Below are positions 1-8,221 of a stretch of DNA of 29,541 bases, one piece after another (position 1 is the stretch's first letter; each line of letters begins with the position of its first letter). The notes under the pieces are model-generated. The model made no database searches. It was not told the DNA's origin and saw nothing but the letters and a program-made list of their open reading frames with translations. The translations under genes and the position numbers were made by a program. Source of the stretch: a virus (lineage: Duplodnaviria > Caudoviricetes); the IMG/VR virus record IMGVR_UViG_3300037851_000064, positions 1 to 29,541 of that record, one strand, 5' to 3'.

Positions 1-589
1 CCTCGGGGGGCTCGCTCGGCTCAGGGGCCACAGGGGGCCGAGATTCGGCCCGTGGCGCCCGTTCCCGCTTCGGCTGGCCCTCGGGTCGGCAATAGCGACC
101 CTCTGGCGTCTTGTGCCAATAATCCCCCGGCTGGCCGGAGAACTGGACGCCATGAATGGGGCAGACGGCTCCGCCCGCCGGGGGAGGGGCCGGGGGCGGA
201 GCCGCTGCCGGACGCGCCGCGCCGGAGGGTGCGGGCGCATGGGAACTGCGGGGAGCGTCGCGATCGTACAGGTAGCGGCCCACGCCGGCGATGGCGGCGC
301 ACCGCTTGAGGGCGTCGGACACCGCGTCCTTCAGCACCTCGGATTTCCACGAGGCATCGACGTTCTCGGCGTAGCCGATGTTCTCGAACGTCCGGCCGTC
401 GATCGTGAGGCGGCCCCAGGCCCAGTCCTCGCCGACCTGGACGATGGTGAAGGACCATCCGGGCGCCGCCTCGTCGAGCCGGTCGGCCACCTGCGACCAC
501 GAGATGTAGTCGAGCAGCGTCGTGCTGCCGTCTTTGTTCTTCTTCGGCTTCTGGTGAATGACCGCGAACGGGTCGCGGAGCGTGGTCAT
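1..589 (-). CDS. Rad52/Rad22-family (Sak-like) ssDNA annealing protein, runs off the left end
   Basis: Absent from the ORF track because there is no stop in the window. Manual translation from ATG 589: MTTLRDPFAVIHQKPKK...LDYISWSQVADRLDEAAPGWSF...KDAVSDALKRCAAIAGVGRYLY, the Rad52/22 signature. A Pro/Ala linker and CPIHG..WH..YC follow. ATGA overlap with the nuclease gene. Confidence 0.85.
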   Translation of the reverse strand, partial: MTTLRDPFAVIHQKPKKNKDGSTTLLDYISWSQVADRLDEAAPGWSFTIVQVGEDWAWGRLTIDGRTFENIGYAENVDASWKSEVLKDAVSDALKRCAAIAGVGRYLYDRDAPRSSHAPAPSGAARPAAAPPPAPPPAGGAVCPIHGVQFSGQPGDYWHKTPEGRYCRPEGQPKRERAPRAESRPPVAPEPSEPPE

Positions 590-1452
590 GCGACCCCCTC
601 CCGTGGCTGCGCGGCGAGGGCGAGCTGCCCGATGTCGCAGCCCTCGAACCCTACCTTGGGAATGGGGTTGGCGTAGGGGCAATCGCCGCAGTAGCGGCGG
701 TCGGTGGCGAACACGTCATCGTCGCGGATGAGCAGCCGCTTGCGCCAGGAGTCGGCGAGCCGGCCCCCGAGGTCAGCGAGCGCGTCCGTGCCGGGGAGCT
801 CGAGCCACTGCCAATACGGCTTCTGGATGCGGACATACACCTGATAGGCGAGCCGCACGGGCGCCTGTCCGTATTCCTCGCGGTAGAGGTAGGCGTACAC
901 CGGCATCTCGGCCGACTCGGTGAACTTGTCGGGGTAGTACCGGCGCTCGGACGTCTTCACGTCGAGGATGCCGTCCGGCAGGATGTAGTCGGGCGTCCCG
1001 ATCACGTCACCCGCCCGGAGCGAGCGGCCGTCGTCGCCCTGCACCTTGATGCCATCTAGGTACGGCTTCAGCCGCTCGAACCCGTCGGGCTGCGTGCGGA
1101 AGGCGTCGATGCAGCGGCCCACCTCGGCGCCGAACTCGCCCAAGTCCACCTCGTCAGTCCACTCGCCGTCCTCGTAGGACTGGCGGGCCTCCTCGACGGC
1201 GGCCTCGGTCCACTCGCGCACGTCCGACAGGTTCGGCCAGTTGCCGGTCGCGGCGGCGTACACGATGTCGGCGTGGACGCGGTCGATGGCCCGCCCGAAT
1301 TGGACGCGAGAGGGCATCGGGAACAGCATCCGGGCGCCGTCCGGCTGGCGGATGATCTCGGAGTAGTAGCCCTTACGTTCGCAGGGGTTCGTCATGAGCG
1401 ACTTCGAGATGCCCACGCGGGCGAGGTCGATGGCCTTACTCGGGGCGCTCAT
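586..1452 (-). CDS. PD-(D/E)xK Cas4/RecB-like exonuclease
   Basis: GTPD...ILDVKT nuclease motif; Cys pattern NPC...YCGDCPY...GC resembling an Fe-S staple; adjacent to the annealing protein. Confidence 0.8.
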   Translation of the reverse strand: MSAPSKAIDLARVGISKSLMTNPCERKGYYSEIIRQPDGARMLFPMPSRVQFGRAIDRVHADIVYAAATGNWPNLSDVREWTEAAVEEARQSYEDGEWTDEVDLGEFGAEVGRCIDAFRTQPDGFERLKPYLDGIKVQGDDGRSLRAGDVIGTPDYILPDGILDVKTSERRYYPDKFTESAEMPVYAYLYREEYGQAPVRLAYQVYVRIQKPYWQWLELPGTDALADLGGRLADSWRKRLLIRDDDVFATDRRYCGDCPYANPIPKVGFEGCDIGQLALAAQPREGVA

Positions 1453-1642
1453 CGGTCGCCTCCCCGACGCGCACCCACGCCTCGGCTTCCTGCTCGCGGA
1501 TGAGCGCCAGCCGTTCCTCGTTGGCCTGTAGCCGCTTCGCCAGGTCGTCGATCAGATCGCGGATGGAGTCGGCCTCGTCCTCCACCATGAGGCGGCGCCG
1601 GGTAATCCGGCCGAGGTCGTCGAGGGCGCGGCTATCGCTCAC
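1436..1642 (-). CDS. small coiled-coil hypothetical protein
   Basis: GTG start overlapping the upstream stop (GTGA); helical charged sequence SDSRALDDLGRITRRRLMVEDEADSIRDLIDDLAKRLQ. Confidence 0.6.
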   Translation of the reverse strand: MSDSRALDDLGRITRRRLMVEDEADSIRDLIDDLAKRLQANEERLALIREQEAEAWVRVGEATDERPE

Positions 1643-1890
1643 GACACCGTCTCCAAGTAGCACGCCCGGAGGTAGTCCTCCGAGCGGCGGCGCTCGATGT
1701 CGTCGAGGTTCCGATAGATGCGGCGAACGACGTGGATGGCCCGCGTCACCTCGGACGCCTGGATCCGCGCTATGTGCCGCGCGCCATAGCTGAGCGCCTC
1801 GTCGTCGGCCACCGACCGGAGCGCGTCCCGGCGGCGACGCAGGTCGATGATCTCGTAGAGGAGCGCCTCGCGGCTGTCGGGGTCGCGCAT
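1639..1890 (-). CDS. hypothetical early protein
   Basis: ATG at 1890 directly after the upstream stop; MRDPDSREALLYEIIDL...; tight operon packing. Confidence 0.6.
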   Translation of the reverse strand: MRDPDSREALLYEIIDLRRRRDALRSVADDEALSYGARHIARIQASEVTRAIHVVRRIYRNLDDIERRRSEDYLRACYLETVS

Positions 1891-1891
1891 G

Positions 1892-2089
1892 TCAGCAGCC
1901 CCACGCCTCGGCCAGCTCGCCGGGCGACCAGTCATCGAGGGCCGCCGTGGCCTCGCGGACCTCCTCCTCGTATTCTCTCCGCCACCGGTCGATGTCATCG
2001 TCGAGGACCGGCGGCCACCACCGCTGCTCGACGATGCGGTTGCCGGCGTGCTCCTCCGGCGTGCGACACGGCGGGTCGTGCGCGAACAT
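1892..2089 (-). CDS. small acidic hypothetical early protein (first gene of leftward operon)
   Basis: GGGAGG RBS before ATG 2089; MFAHDPPCRTPEEHAG...WRREYEEEVREA. Confidence 0.6.
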   Translation of the reverse strand: MFAHDPPCRTPEEHAGNRIVEQRWWPPVLDDDIDRWRREYEEEVREATAALDDWSPGELAEAWGC

Positions 2090-2158
2090 GTGACAACCTC
2101 CCGTCGCCCTAGTCGGACCCACGCGCGTCCAACCGTCTTTCGGCCTAGTCGTGGCCGG

Positions 2159-2188
2159 ATGGTACTGGACCGGATTGGTGCTTGACAA
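2159..2188 (-). promoter_or_regulatory. leftward sigma70-type promoter
   Basis: Minus strand TTGTCA (2188-2183), 18-bp spacer, TACCAT (2164-2159). Confidence 0.55.
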
Positions 2189-2210
2189 GTTGTACCAATC
2201 GCAACATGCT
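2182..2210 (+). promoter_or_regulatory. rightward sigma70-type promoter, probably giving a leaderless mRNA
   Basis: Perfect TTGACA (2182-2187), 17-bp spacer, CATGCT (2205-2210); 7 nt separate it from ATG 2218 and there is no RBS. Confidence 0.6.
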
Positions 2211-2217
2211 ACAACGC

Positions 2218-2406
2218 ATGAACGGTGCGGACCTTCGGAAGCTGCGGGAGTCGGCGGGGATCACCCAGGTCGAGCTCGCGGCGTTCCTCGGCTACACCCA
2301 GCAGAACATCTCCGCGATCGAGCTTCGATCGAACGTGGGCGAGCTGCTCTCCCGGCGCGTGCGTCGCGCGATCGGCGAGATGTCCCGGCGGAAGCCAGCG
2401 GCATGA
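2218..2406 (+). CDS. XRE/Cro-like HTH repressor
   Basis: LRKLRESAGITQVELAAFLGYTQQNISAIE is a canonical HTH_3 pattern; first gene after the divergent promoter. Confidence 0.85.
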   Translation: MNGADLRKLRESAGITQVELAAFLGYTQQNISAIELRSNVGELLSRRVRRAIGEMSRRKPAA

Positions 2407-2669
2407 GCCGCCCCTGCGCTGGCACGGGATGCCAGCGGCGAGCGATCAACGGATGGGCCTACTGCGCGGACTGCCTGATGGCGGTCCTCGACGCCCACAT
2501 CCGGTATCTCGCGGAGCGCCCCGGCTCGGGGGCGGGGCCCTCCGCCGGCTACCGCATGGGGCGGGAGTCCGACGGGGCGGGCGCGGCTGGAGGCCGGCTC
2601 GCCCCGTCCGAAATCGACAGTCGCCGATCACGCGGCAGACGGCCACATGAACCTTCGGCTTCCGGGTGA
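2403..2669 (+). CDS. small Cys-containing (putative Zn-binding) protein
   Basis: ATGA overlap; MSRPCAGTGC...YCADC; low-complexity C-terminal half. Confidence 0.5.
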   Translation: MSRPCAGTGCQRRAINGWAYCADCLMAVLDAHIRYLAERPGSGAGPSAGYRMGRESDGAGAAGGRLAPSEIDSRRSRGRRPHEPSASG

Positions 2670-3118
2670 GCCGGACGAAGATGTCTGGCGACCTCCCGGG
2701 CGGCTTCGAGGTTGGCGGCGATCCTGGGCACCCGCAGTGTCGATCGCATCAGGAGAAAGACGCCCGCGGTATCGCGCCGCGGGCGCCCGGTGGTGAGTCG
2801 GGCCGGGATCCGTCCATCCTGCTCGCGTTCGAGTATGGCGACGACCACCGCCCGCATGCCGTCGTGCGCAGCGACGACGACGAGAGCACGCGCGACTGGA
2901 TTCTCGGCTTCCTGGCGCACGGGCCGGCGTCGGTCGGCGACATGGCGGAAGACCTGCTGGCGCAGTCCGAGTCCGGCGGTCCGGAAGACCTGCAGCGGAC
3001 GAAGGAACGGCTCGGCAAAGCGCTCTACCGCATGGTGCGCGAAGGCTGGCTGGACAAGCTCGGGACGCGCGGCCGCGGCGTGACGTATCGGCTCGCGCTC
3101 CGTCAGAAGGCGGCCTGA
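2666..3118 (+). CDS. winged-helix DNA-binding protein (candidate replication initiator or repeat-binding protein)
   Basis: GTGA overlap; C-terminal TRDWILGFLAHGPASVGDMAEDL...ERLGKALYRMVREGWLDKLGTRGRGVTYRL wHTH pattern; immediately precedes the repeat array. Confidence 0.6.
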   Translation: MSRTKMSGDLPGGFEVGGDPGHPQCRSHQEKDARGIAPRAPGGESGRDPSILLAFEYGDDHRPHAVVRSDDDESTRDWILGFLAHGPASVGDMAEDLLAQSESGGPEDLQRTKERLGKALYRMVREGWLDKLGTRGRGVTYRLALRQKAA

Positions 3119-3120
3119 GC

Positions 3121-3280
3121 GTGTCCGGAATTCACTTCGGGACAGGCTGGCGCGCGGTGTCCGGAACTGTGTCCGGAAAGGCCCATCCGTGTCCGGAATT
3201 GAGCGTGGCCCGTGTCCGGAATGCTGTCCGGACCGAATTCCGGACACGCAAGCAAACCAAAGGTTTGCGTGTCCGGAATT
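3121..3280. repeat. GTGTCCGGAA iteron-like array with a 16-bp-arm inverted repeat
   Basis: Direct copies at 3121, 3157, 3169, 3189, 3212, 3269; partial at 3225; inverted copy 3238-3247. AATTCCGGACACGCAA (3236-3251) pairs perfectly with TTGCGTGTCCGGAATT (3265-3280). Confidence 0.9.
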
Positions 3281-3353
3281 ACCGCCACGCCGGGAGCTTG
3301 TCGTGAGCGCACGTCACTCCCGTGCCGGGCGGTGTTGAGATCGTGCTCGATGA

Positions 3354-3650
3354 CTAGGCCTTCAGCTCAGCGGGGCCGATGGACACCACCAGCCGGACGG
3401 CCAAAGGGGCCATGACCGTCACCTGCGCCGTCTCGGTGAACTCCCCGACGGTGAACGACAGCGTGGTTGTGCCGGCGGCCTTCGCCTCGATGTAGTACGC
3501 GCCGGGCGCGCCGGTCACGACGGCCACGCCGGTCGGCACCGCGACCCACGACCAGCCCCGGCCAGGATCGACCAGGGTGCCGTCCTCGTACTCCGTGGCG
3601 AGGGTGACCCTCGCCCGCTCGTCCCAGTTGAGTGTGAGGTTCTGCGCCAT
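3354..3650 (-). CDS. small Ig-like (Big_2-type) virion protein
   Basis: AGAAGGAG RBS; beta-rich with W-S-W...VAVV...AKAAGTTTLSFT...AQVTV pattern; last gene of the tail operon. Confidence 0.6.
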   Translation of the reverse strand: MAQNLTLNWDERARVTLATEYEDGTLVDPGRGWSWVAVPTGVAVVTGAPGAYYIEAKAAGTTTLSFTVGEFTETAQVTVMAPLAVRLVVSIGPAELKA

Positions 3651-3665
3651 CTTGCGTGCTCCTTC

Positions 3666-6419
3666 TCAGGCGATCTTGTTGAACCAGTCAACCTCTATCA
3701 CCGAGGCGGTCAAGTACCCCGCCGAGCCGAGCGGGCCGTCCATCATCGCGATCCGATCGACCGTGCCCGTCCATGTGATCCCGCTGGACTCCGGCGACCA
3801 CACTTCGCCATCGAGCGAATAGGCGCAGTAGTAGGACGTGCCGCTCTTGCGGAGGTAGATCCACGTCGGGGTCTCCTTCCACTGATACGCTCCGAAGATC
3901 GACACGTTGGGGTTTGTTCCGCTCCCGCCCGGCTGCACATATGTCGAGCCATAGGTGGAATAGGTCGTCACGGATGCGAGGAGCAGCGCATTCGGGTTCG
4001 AGTAGAAGCACGTCGCCACGCCCGTACCGGCCGTGTCAACGACGCCGATGCCCCATGCGAGGCCGGTAGCCGCGCCCCAGAAGCGGGGGATGAACCTCAT
4101 CGCGAACGTCCAGTCCCCGGAGGGCGCCGTCTGGAAGTAGCCGTCGCCGTTCGTCCGTCCAGTCTTGGCGATGCGGAGCATCGACTGGTTCGCGCCCGTC
4201 TGGTACGTTTCCGCTCCCGAGGTGTAGTTTCGGCGAGTCCAGATCGATTTCAGGTTTGACCCGTTGAAGTTGTCCCCGTAGGTCGCGTCCAGGCTGTATT
4301 CGTTGTCGAGCGGATAGCCTCCGCTACCAGATGATGCCGCCCACACCAGGCCGGTCGTCTCGCTCGCCGACGCCGTCAGGACGTATCCGTCGGTCCCGAC
4401 GGCGAGTCGGGTGGCCGTGTTGGACCCGGTGCCGACCGCCAGGTCGCCCTTCGCGTCCCATATCGAGTCGAGCGCGACCGAGCCGCTGGCCCCTGCCGAT
4501 GCGATCCACTCGCCAGCCCCGTCGTCCCACGTCAGCACATCGCCGTCGTCCGGGGCGGCGGCGTTCACGTCGGCCAGGTCGTCAAGCTCCCGCGGCACCG
4601 CGATCCAGACGGCCGCGCCCTCTGTCGCATCGATGAGAACGAACTGCTGGCCGGTGGACGTGTTCGTCCACTCCTGCCCTACCGCGTAGCCGTCGGCCTC
4701 GTCGTCGTCGGCCGTGGGGTCGCCCGTGGAGAGCACGGGCGGGGGTGGGACCACGCCGACATCGACCTCCTCGTCGAGATCGGTGACGCAGAACGTGATC
4801 TCGTGGACCGAGCAGTAGGGAACGTATTCGAGGTTCGCTGTCAGCTTCTCGAAGCCGAAGGTGACGGTATCCGATATGGTCGCCGGGAAGGTCCACGTCG
4901 CGAAGCTGTCGGGGTTGCCATAGGCCTCAAACAGCGGCCAGTCGTTCGTATCGTTGAGCGTCGCGTACGAAGAGTCGAACTTGGTCGAGCCGACCTTGAC
5001 GTACGCCTTTGACAAGTGGTTGCCCAGGTCCGAGCCGTAGTACCACGCCTGCACCGTGACGGCGCTGATCGAGCCCTCGGCCGGCAGCGTGATGACCCAC
5101 TCGCGATACACGAGCGTCTCCGCGTCCTGCCACACCCCGGAACGGTAGTATGCGCCGTCGGTATCGCTAGGCGACTCGGGGAGATCGTCGTCGGTGGCCG
5201 TCTCGGGCTGGTGGATCACGTCGCCTTCACCACCGGCACCGTAGAGGTCAGCCGGAACGTTCGTGTTCGCCGTCGGTTCGATCCCGAGCGCCGAGTTCGT
5301 GTCGCAGACATTCGCGCCGATGGCGGAACTAGCCCGCGGCGCGACCAGCTCCATCCGCAGCTCGTAGTAGTTCGCCACGTCGCTCGTCGGCGTCGGCGTG
5401 ATCTCGGCTACGCGGAGGTCGGTCCAGTCAGACTCATAGTCGGGAAGGTTCGTGAAGTGGCAGGGCACCAGCATCCCCGGCGTGATGAGGCCCGCTTTCG
5501 ACGCTGGAACGACGATCGCCGTCGAGATCCGGTCCTCTTCGGAGTCGTGGGCGGACAGGAAGCGCTCCGCCTGGCTCTGCGCCGTGGTCGCGCTCTTCGT
5601 GTACGGACGGGTGATCGTGGTCCCGCGAGCGATGTAGGCGTCGGCGGTGGACTGCCGCTTGCGGTACACGCGGCTCCCGGCGCCGTACTGAACGACGACC
5701 TCAGAGTAGACCGTCTCCGGCGACCGCCTCAACGTCGTGTCCTTCGACGGAGCGAAGACGGTGTCGGAGTCCACCTCCGACAGGTCGTTCGAGATCGAGA
5801 GCGTCGAGGTGCCGATATTCCCGGTCGCCAGCGTCCCGACGAACAGGCCGACGGCCGATGCCGACGTGTCCCAGTAGGCGAAGTAGTGGAGCGGCGTGTC
5901 GCTCTTCCGCTCGATGAGGTCGTCGATGACGGCTTTCGGATAGCCGTCGCGGTAGTCCGCGGCGTCCATCATCAGCGTATAGGCCGGGACGTTCCCGGTG
6001 TCCTCGATCAGCCCCGACAGGTAGGCCGAGCCGAGAAGCCAGGTCATCCGCGCCGTCCACGTCTCGCGCGGTCGGTTGCCGTCGGTACCCGAGATGATGC
6101 GGAGGCCGAAGACGGCGTTTAGGTCTACCGCCTCCACGCTGTGCAGCCGGGCGTCGTCGCCGGCAATCATGGCCTCGTCTGCCGACCGTCCGATGTTTCG
6201 ATCGGTGAGGTAGCCCGTGAAGAGGCGCGGCTGCGAGCACTCCGTTTCTTCTATGACGAGCGACCTGTGGCCCGTCGTCGTGACGAGGGCGCTCGGGTCT
6301 TCGATCACGAACCCGCCGAACCCGACCTCTCCACTGTCCGCCCGCTGCGTGGGCGTCAGCGAGGTCGGCGGGATGCCCTCGAGGATGGGGTCGCCGTCGA
6401 TGAGTACGTTGAGGCTCAC
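3666..6419 (-). CDS. tail tip protein: hub-like N-terminus, fibre repeats and C-terminal lectin-like receptor-binding domain
   Basis: Directly follows the tape measure; fibre motifs DPTADDDEADGYAVGQEW, LDDLADV...DGDVLTWD, DAKGDLAVGTG; C-terminal ConA-like fold pattern (DNFNG...W...YLRKSGTSYYCAYSLDGEVW...VDWF). Confidence 0.75.
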   Translation of the reverse strand: MSLNVLIDGDPILEGIPPTSLTPTQRADSGEVGFGGFVIEDPSALVTTTGHRSLVIEETECSQPRLFTGYLTDRNIGRSADEAMIAGDDARLHSVEAVDLNAVFGLRIISGTDGNRPRETWTARMTWLLGSAYLSGLIEDTGNVPAYTLMMDAADYRDGYPKAVIDDLIERKSDTPLHYFAYWDTSASAVGLFVGTLATGNIGTSTLSISNDLSEVDSDTVFAPSKDTTLRRSPETVYSEVVVQYGAGSRVYRKRQSTADAYIARGTTITRPYTKSATTAQSQAERFLSAHDSEEDRISTAIVVPASKAGLITPGMLVPCHFTNLPDYESDWTDLRVAEITPTPTSDVANYYELRMELVAPRASSAIGANVCDTNSALGIEPTANTNVPADLYGAGGEGDVIHQPETATDDDLPESPSDTDGAYYRSGVWQDAETLVYREWVITLPAEGSISAVTVQAWYYGSDLGNHLSKAYVKVGSTKFDSSYATLNDTNDWPLFEAYGNPDSFATWTFPATISDTVTFGFEKLTANLEYVPYCSVHEITFCVTDLDEEVDVGVVPPPPVLSTGDPTADDDEADGYAVGQEWTNTSTGQQFVLIDATEGAAVWIAVPRELDDLADVNAAAPDDGDVLTWDDGAGEWIASAGASGSVALDSIWDAKGDLAVGTGSNTATRLAVGTDGYVLTASASETTGLVWAASSGSGGYPLDNEYSLDATYGDNFNGSNLKSIWTRRNYTSGAETYQTGANQSMLRIAKTGRTNGDGYFQTAPSGDWTFAMRFIPRFWGAATGLAWGIGVVDTAGTGVATCFYSNPNALLLASVTTYSTYGSTYVQPGGSGTNPNVSIFGAYQWKETPTWIYLRKSGTSYYCAYSLDGEVWSPESSGITWTGTVDRIAMMDGPLGSAGYLTASVIEVDWFNKIA

Positions 6420-8221
6420 AGGATCGTCCGGCTCGTCTGCGCGCCGCCCGTGTAGCGGGCGACCGTCGTCTGGCCGTTCGTCACGGCCCGCACCGAAACG
6501 GCATTGTTGACGGTGACCGGCACGGTGATCTGCCAGCGCTTCCCGCGGATGGCCGAGGCCGTCGCGTTCGCCGCGCCCCTGACCCCGGCGAGCCCGGAGC
6601 GAGTCGCCGCGTCAAGCGACGAGATGCGCGAGGCCGTTCGCTCGTCGCCGGATCGAACCGTGGAGGCCAAGGCGGCTGCCTTTGTCGCGTTGATGTTGAA
6701 GCCGTTGCGGATGGCATCCTTGGTCTGCGTGGCGCCGGTCGTCAGCGTGGTGAAGCCGTTCCGGATGGTCGAGCCCTGGGTCGCAAAGCCGTTGCGGATG
6801 TCAGCCGACACATCCGACACCCGCTGCGCCGTGCCGGCCGTATTCCGGGCCGTCTCCGTCATCTGCTGCGCGAGCGAGTTGAGGACGGCAGTGGTGGCGA
6901 ACGACGGGTTAGTGTTCGTTTCCAGCGTCGGCCCGGAACTGCCCTGCGGTCCCTTGAACACGTAGGGAAGGATGTTCATGGCGACCACGGCGCCGATCCC
7001 GGCGGCCAGCGTCCCGAGCCCGGCCGCGCCGATCCCGAGGCCGGTCGCCAGGGGTGCGGCCTTCGGCAGCGCGCCGCCGGGGCCTCCGCCACCGGGCAGG
7101 CCGCTAACGGTGGCCGCGTTGATGTTGACGACGCCCGCGTTGATGCCGAGCACGCCCTTGACGAGCCCCTTCGCCAGTTCCCCGACGATGCCGGAGATGG
7201 CGCCGCCCGTGAGCTTGTTCAGTCCCCAGCCGGTCAGGATCGCGGTCTGGACCCACGGCGGCATCGCGTTGAACGCGCCGAGAACGGCCTTCGCTCCCTG
7301 GCCTGCGAGCTTCAGTGAGTCCCCGATCTGCTGCCACGGCAGGTTCGACGCGATCTCGATGAGCGAGTCGAGGCCCGATGCCAGCGTTGCGCCGAACTCG
7401 CGCAGACCGGCGATGAACCGTTCGTCTCCCACGGCGGTTCGGAGCCTGTCCGCGACCTTCGTGATGACCGGCAGAAACGCCTCGCCGAGCGCCTTCTTGG
7501 CGTCCTCGGATGCGTCACTCAGCTTCTTGAGGGCGTCAGTGTACGGGCCGCCGGCAGCCTTCGCCATGCCGCGCGTCTTCTCTTCGAGCTTGCCAAGGAT
7601 GATCGCCTGGGCCTCGGCGACATCGCCCGACTCGACGAGTGCGGCGATCTTCTTCTGTTCGGCCTTCGTGAGCGCGATTCCCGCCGTGCGGAGGACGCGC
7701 GTGGCGCGGGCCGGGTCGGCCATCGCGCGGGCGAGGTTCGTGGCCGCCTCCTCGACGGTTCCGAACCGGACGCCGAGGTCGGTGGACACCGCAAGCGCAC
7801 GCGTGAAGTTGTCTTCGGTCAGGTTGCCGAACCGGATGAGGGCGTTCGCGCCGCGCTGGATGTCCTTGTCGTCGAAGAACGCATCCGACGCCGACTCCAA
7901 CTCCTCGGACAGATCGCGGATCTGTTTCGCCGTGACCTTCGCGGCGAGGCCGGACGCCTCGAGCGCGGCGGCCGTGGCGGTGTTCGCGTCCTCCAGCTCG
8001 GCGAGCGACTGGATGCCGGAATAGACGGCCCCGCCGATGGCGGCCCCGGCGACGGCGCCGAGGCGCACCATGTTCGTCGTGAGCGTCTGCAAGTTGCGCG
8101 AGGAGAGGCCGGCACGCTTGGCGAAGTTGCCGAGGGAGCCGGACGCCTTACGCAGTCCGGGAGTCATCTTGTCGTCGAGCCGGAGCTCAGCGACCATCAC
8201 CGCCCGTTCAGCGAGGGCCAC
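6416..8221 (-). CDS. tape measure protein
   Basis: Follows the chaperone pair; N-terminal ELRLDDKMTPGLRKA; Ala/Gly-rich helical; 601 aa. Confidence 0.88.
   Translation of the reverse strand: MALAERAVMVAELRLDDKMTPGLRKASGSLGNFAKRAGLSSRNLQTLTTNMVRLGAVAGAAIGGAVYSGIQSLAELEDANTATAAALEASGLAAKVTAKQIRDLSEELESASDAFFDDKDIQRGANALIRFGNLTEDNFTRALAVSTDLGVRFGTVEEAATNLARAMADPARATRVLRTAGIALTKAEQKKIAALVESGDVAEAQAIILGKLEEKTRGMAKAAGGPYTDALKKLSDASEDAKKALGEAFLPVITKVADRLRTAVGDERFIAGLREFGATLASGLDSLIEIASNLPWQQIGDSLKLAGQGAKAVLGAFNAMPPWVQTAILTGWGLNKLTGGAISGIVGELAKGLVKGVLGINAGVVNINAATVSGLPGGGGPGGALPKAAPLATGLGIGAAGLGTLAAGIGAVVAMNILPYVFKGPQGSSGPTLETNTNPSFATTAVLNSLAQQMTETARNTAGTAQRVSDVSADIRNGFATQGSTIRNGFTTLTTGATQTKDAIRNGFNINATKAAALASTVRSGDERTASRISSLDAATRSGLAGVRGAANATASAIRGKRWQITVPVTVNNAVSVRAVTNGQTTVARYTGGAQTSRTIL

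Noticed and set aside
586-1452. Cas4 as part of a CRISPR-Cas system
   Set aside because: No array or other cas genes; the context is a phage recombination module
3121-3280. Repeat array as a CRISPR array or as small ORFs
   Set aside because: Repeats are only 10 bp with irregular spacing and mixed orientation; the ORF translations merely echo the repeat
3666-4330. Diversity-generating retroelement target in the RBP C-terminus
   Set aside because: No reverse transcriptase and no template/variable repeat pair seen in the window
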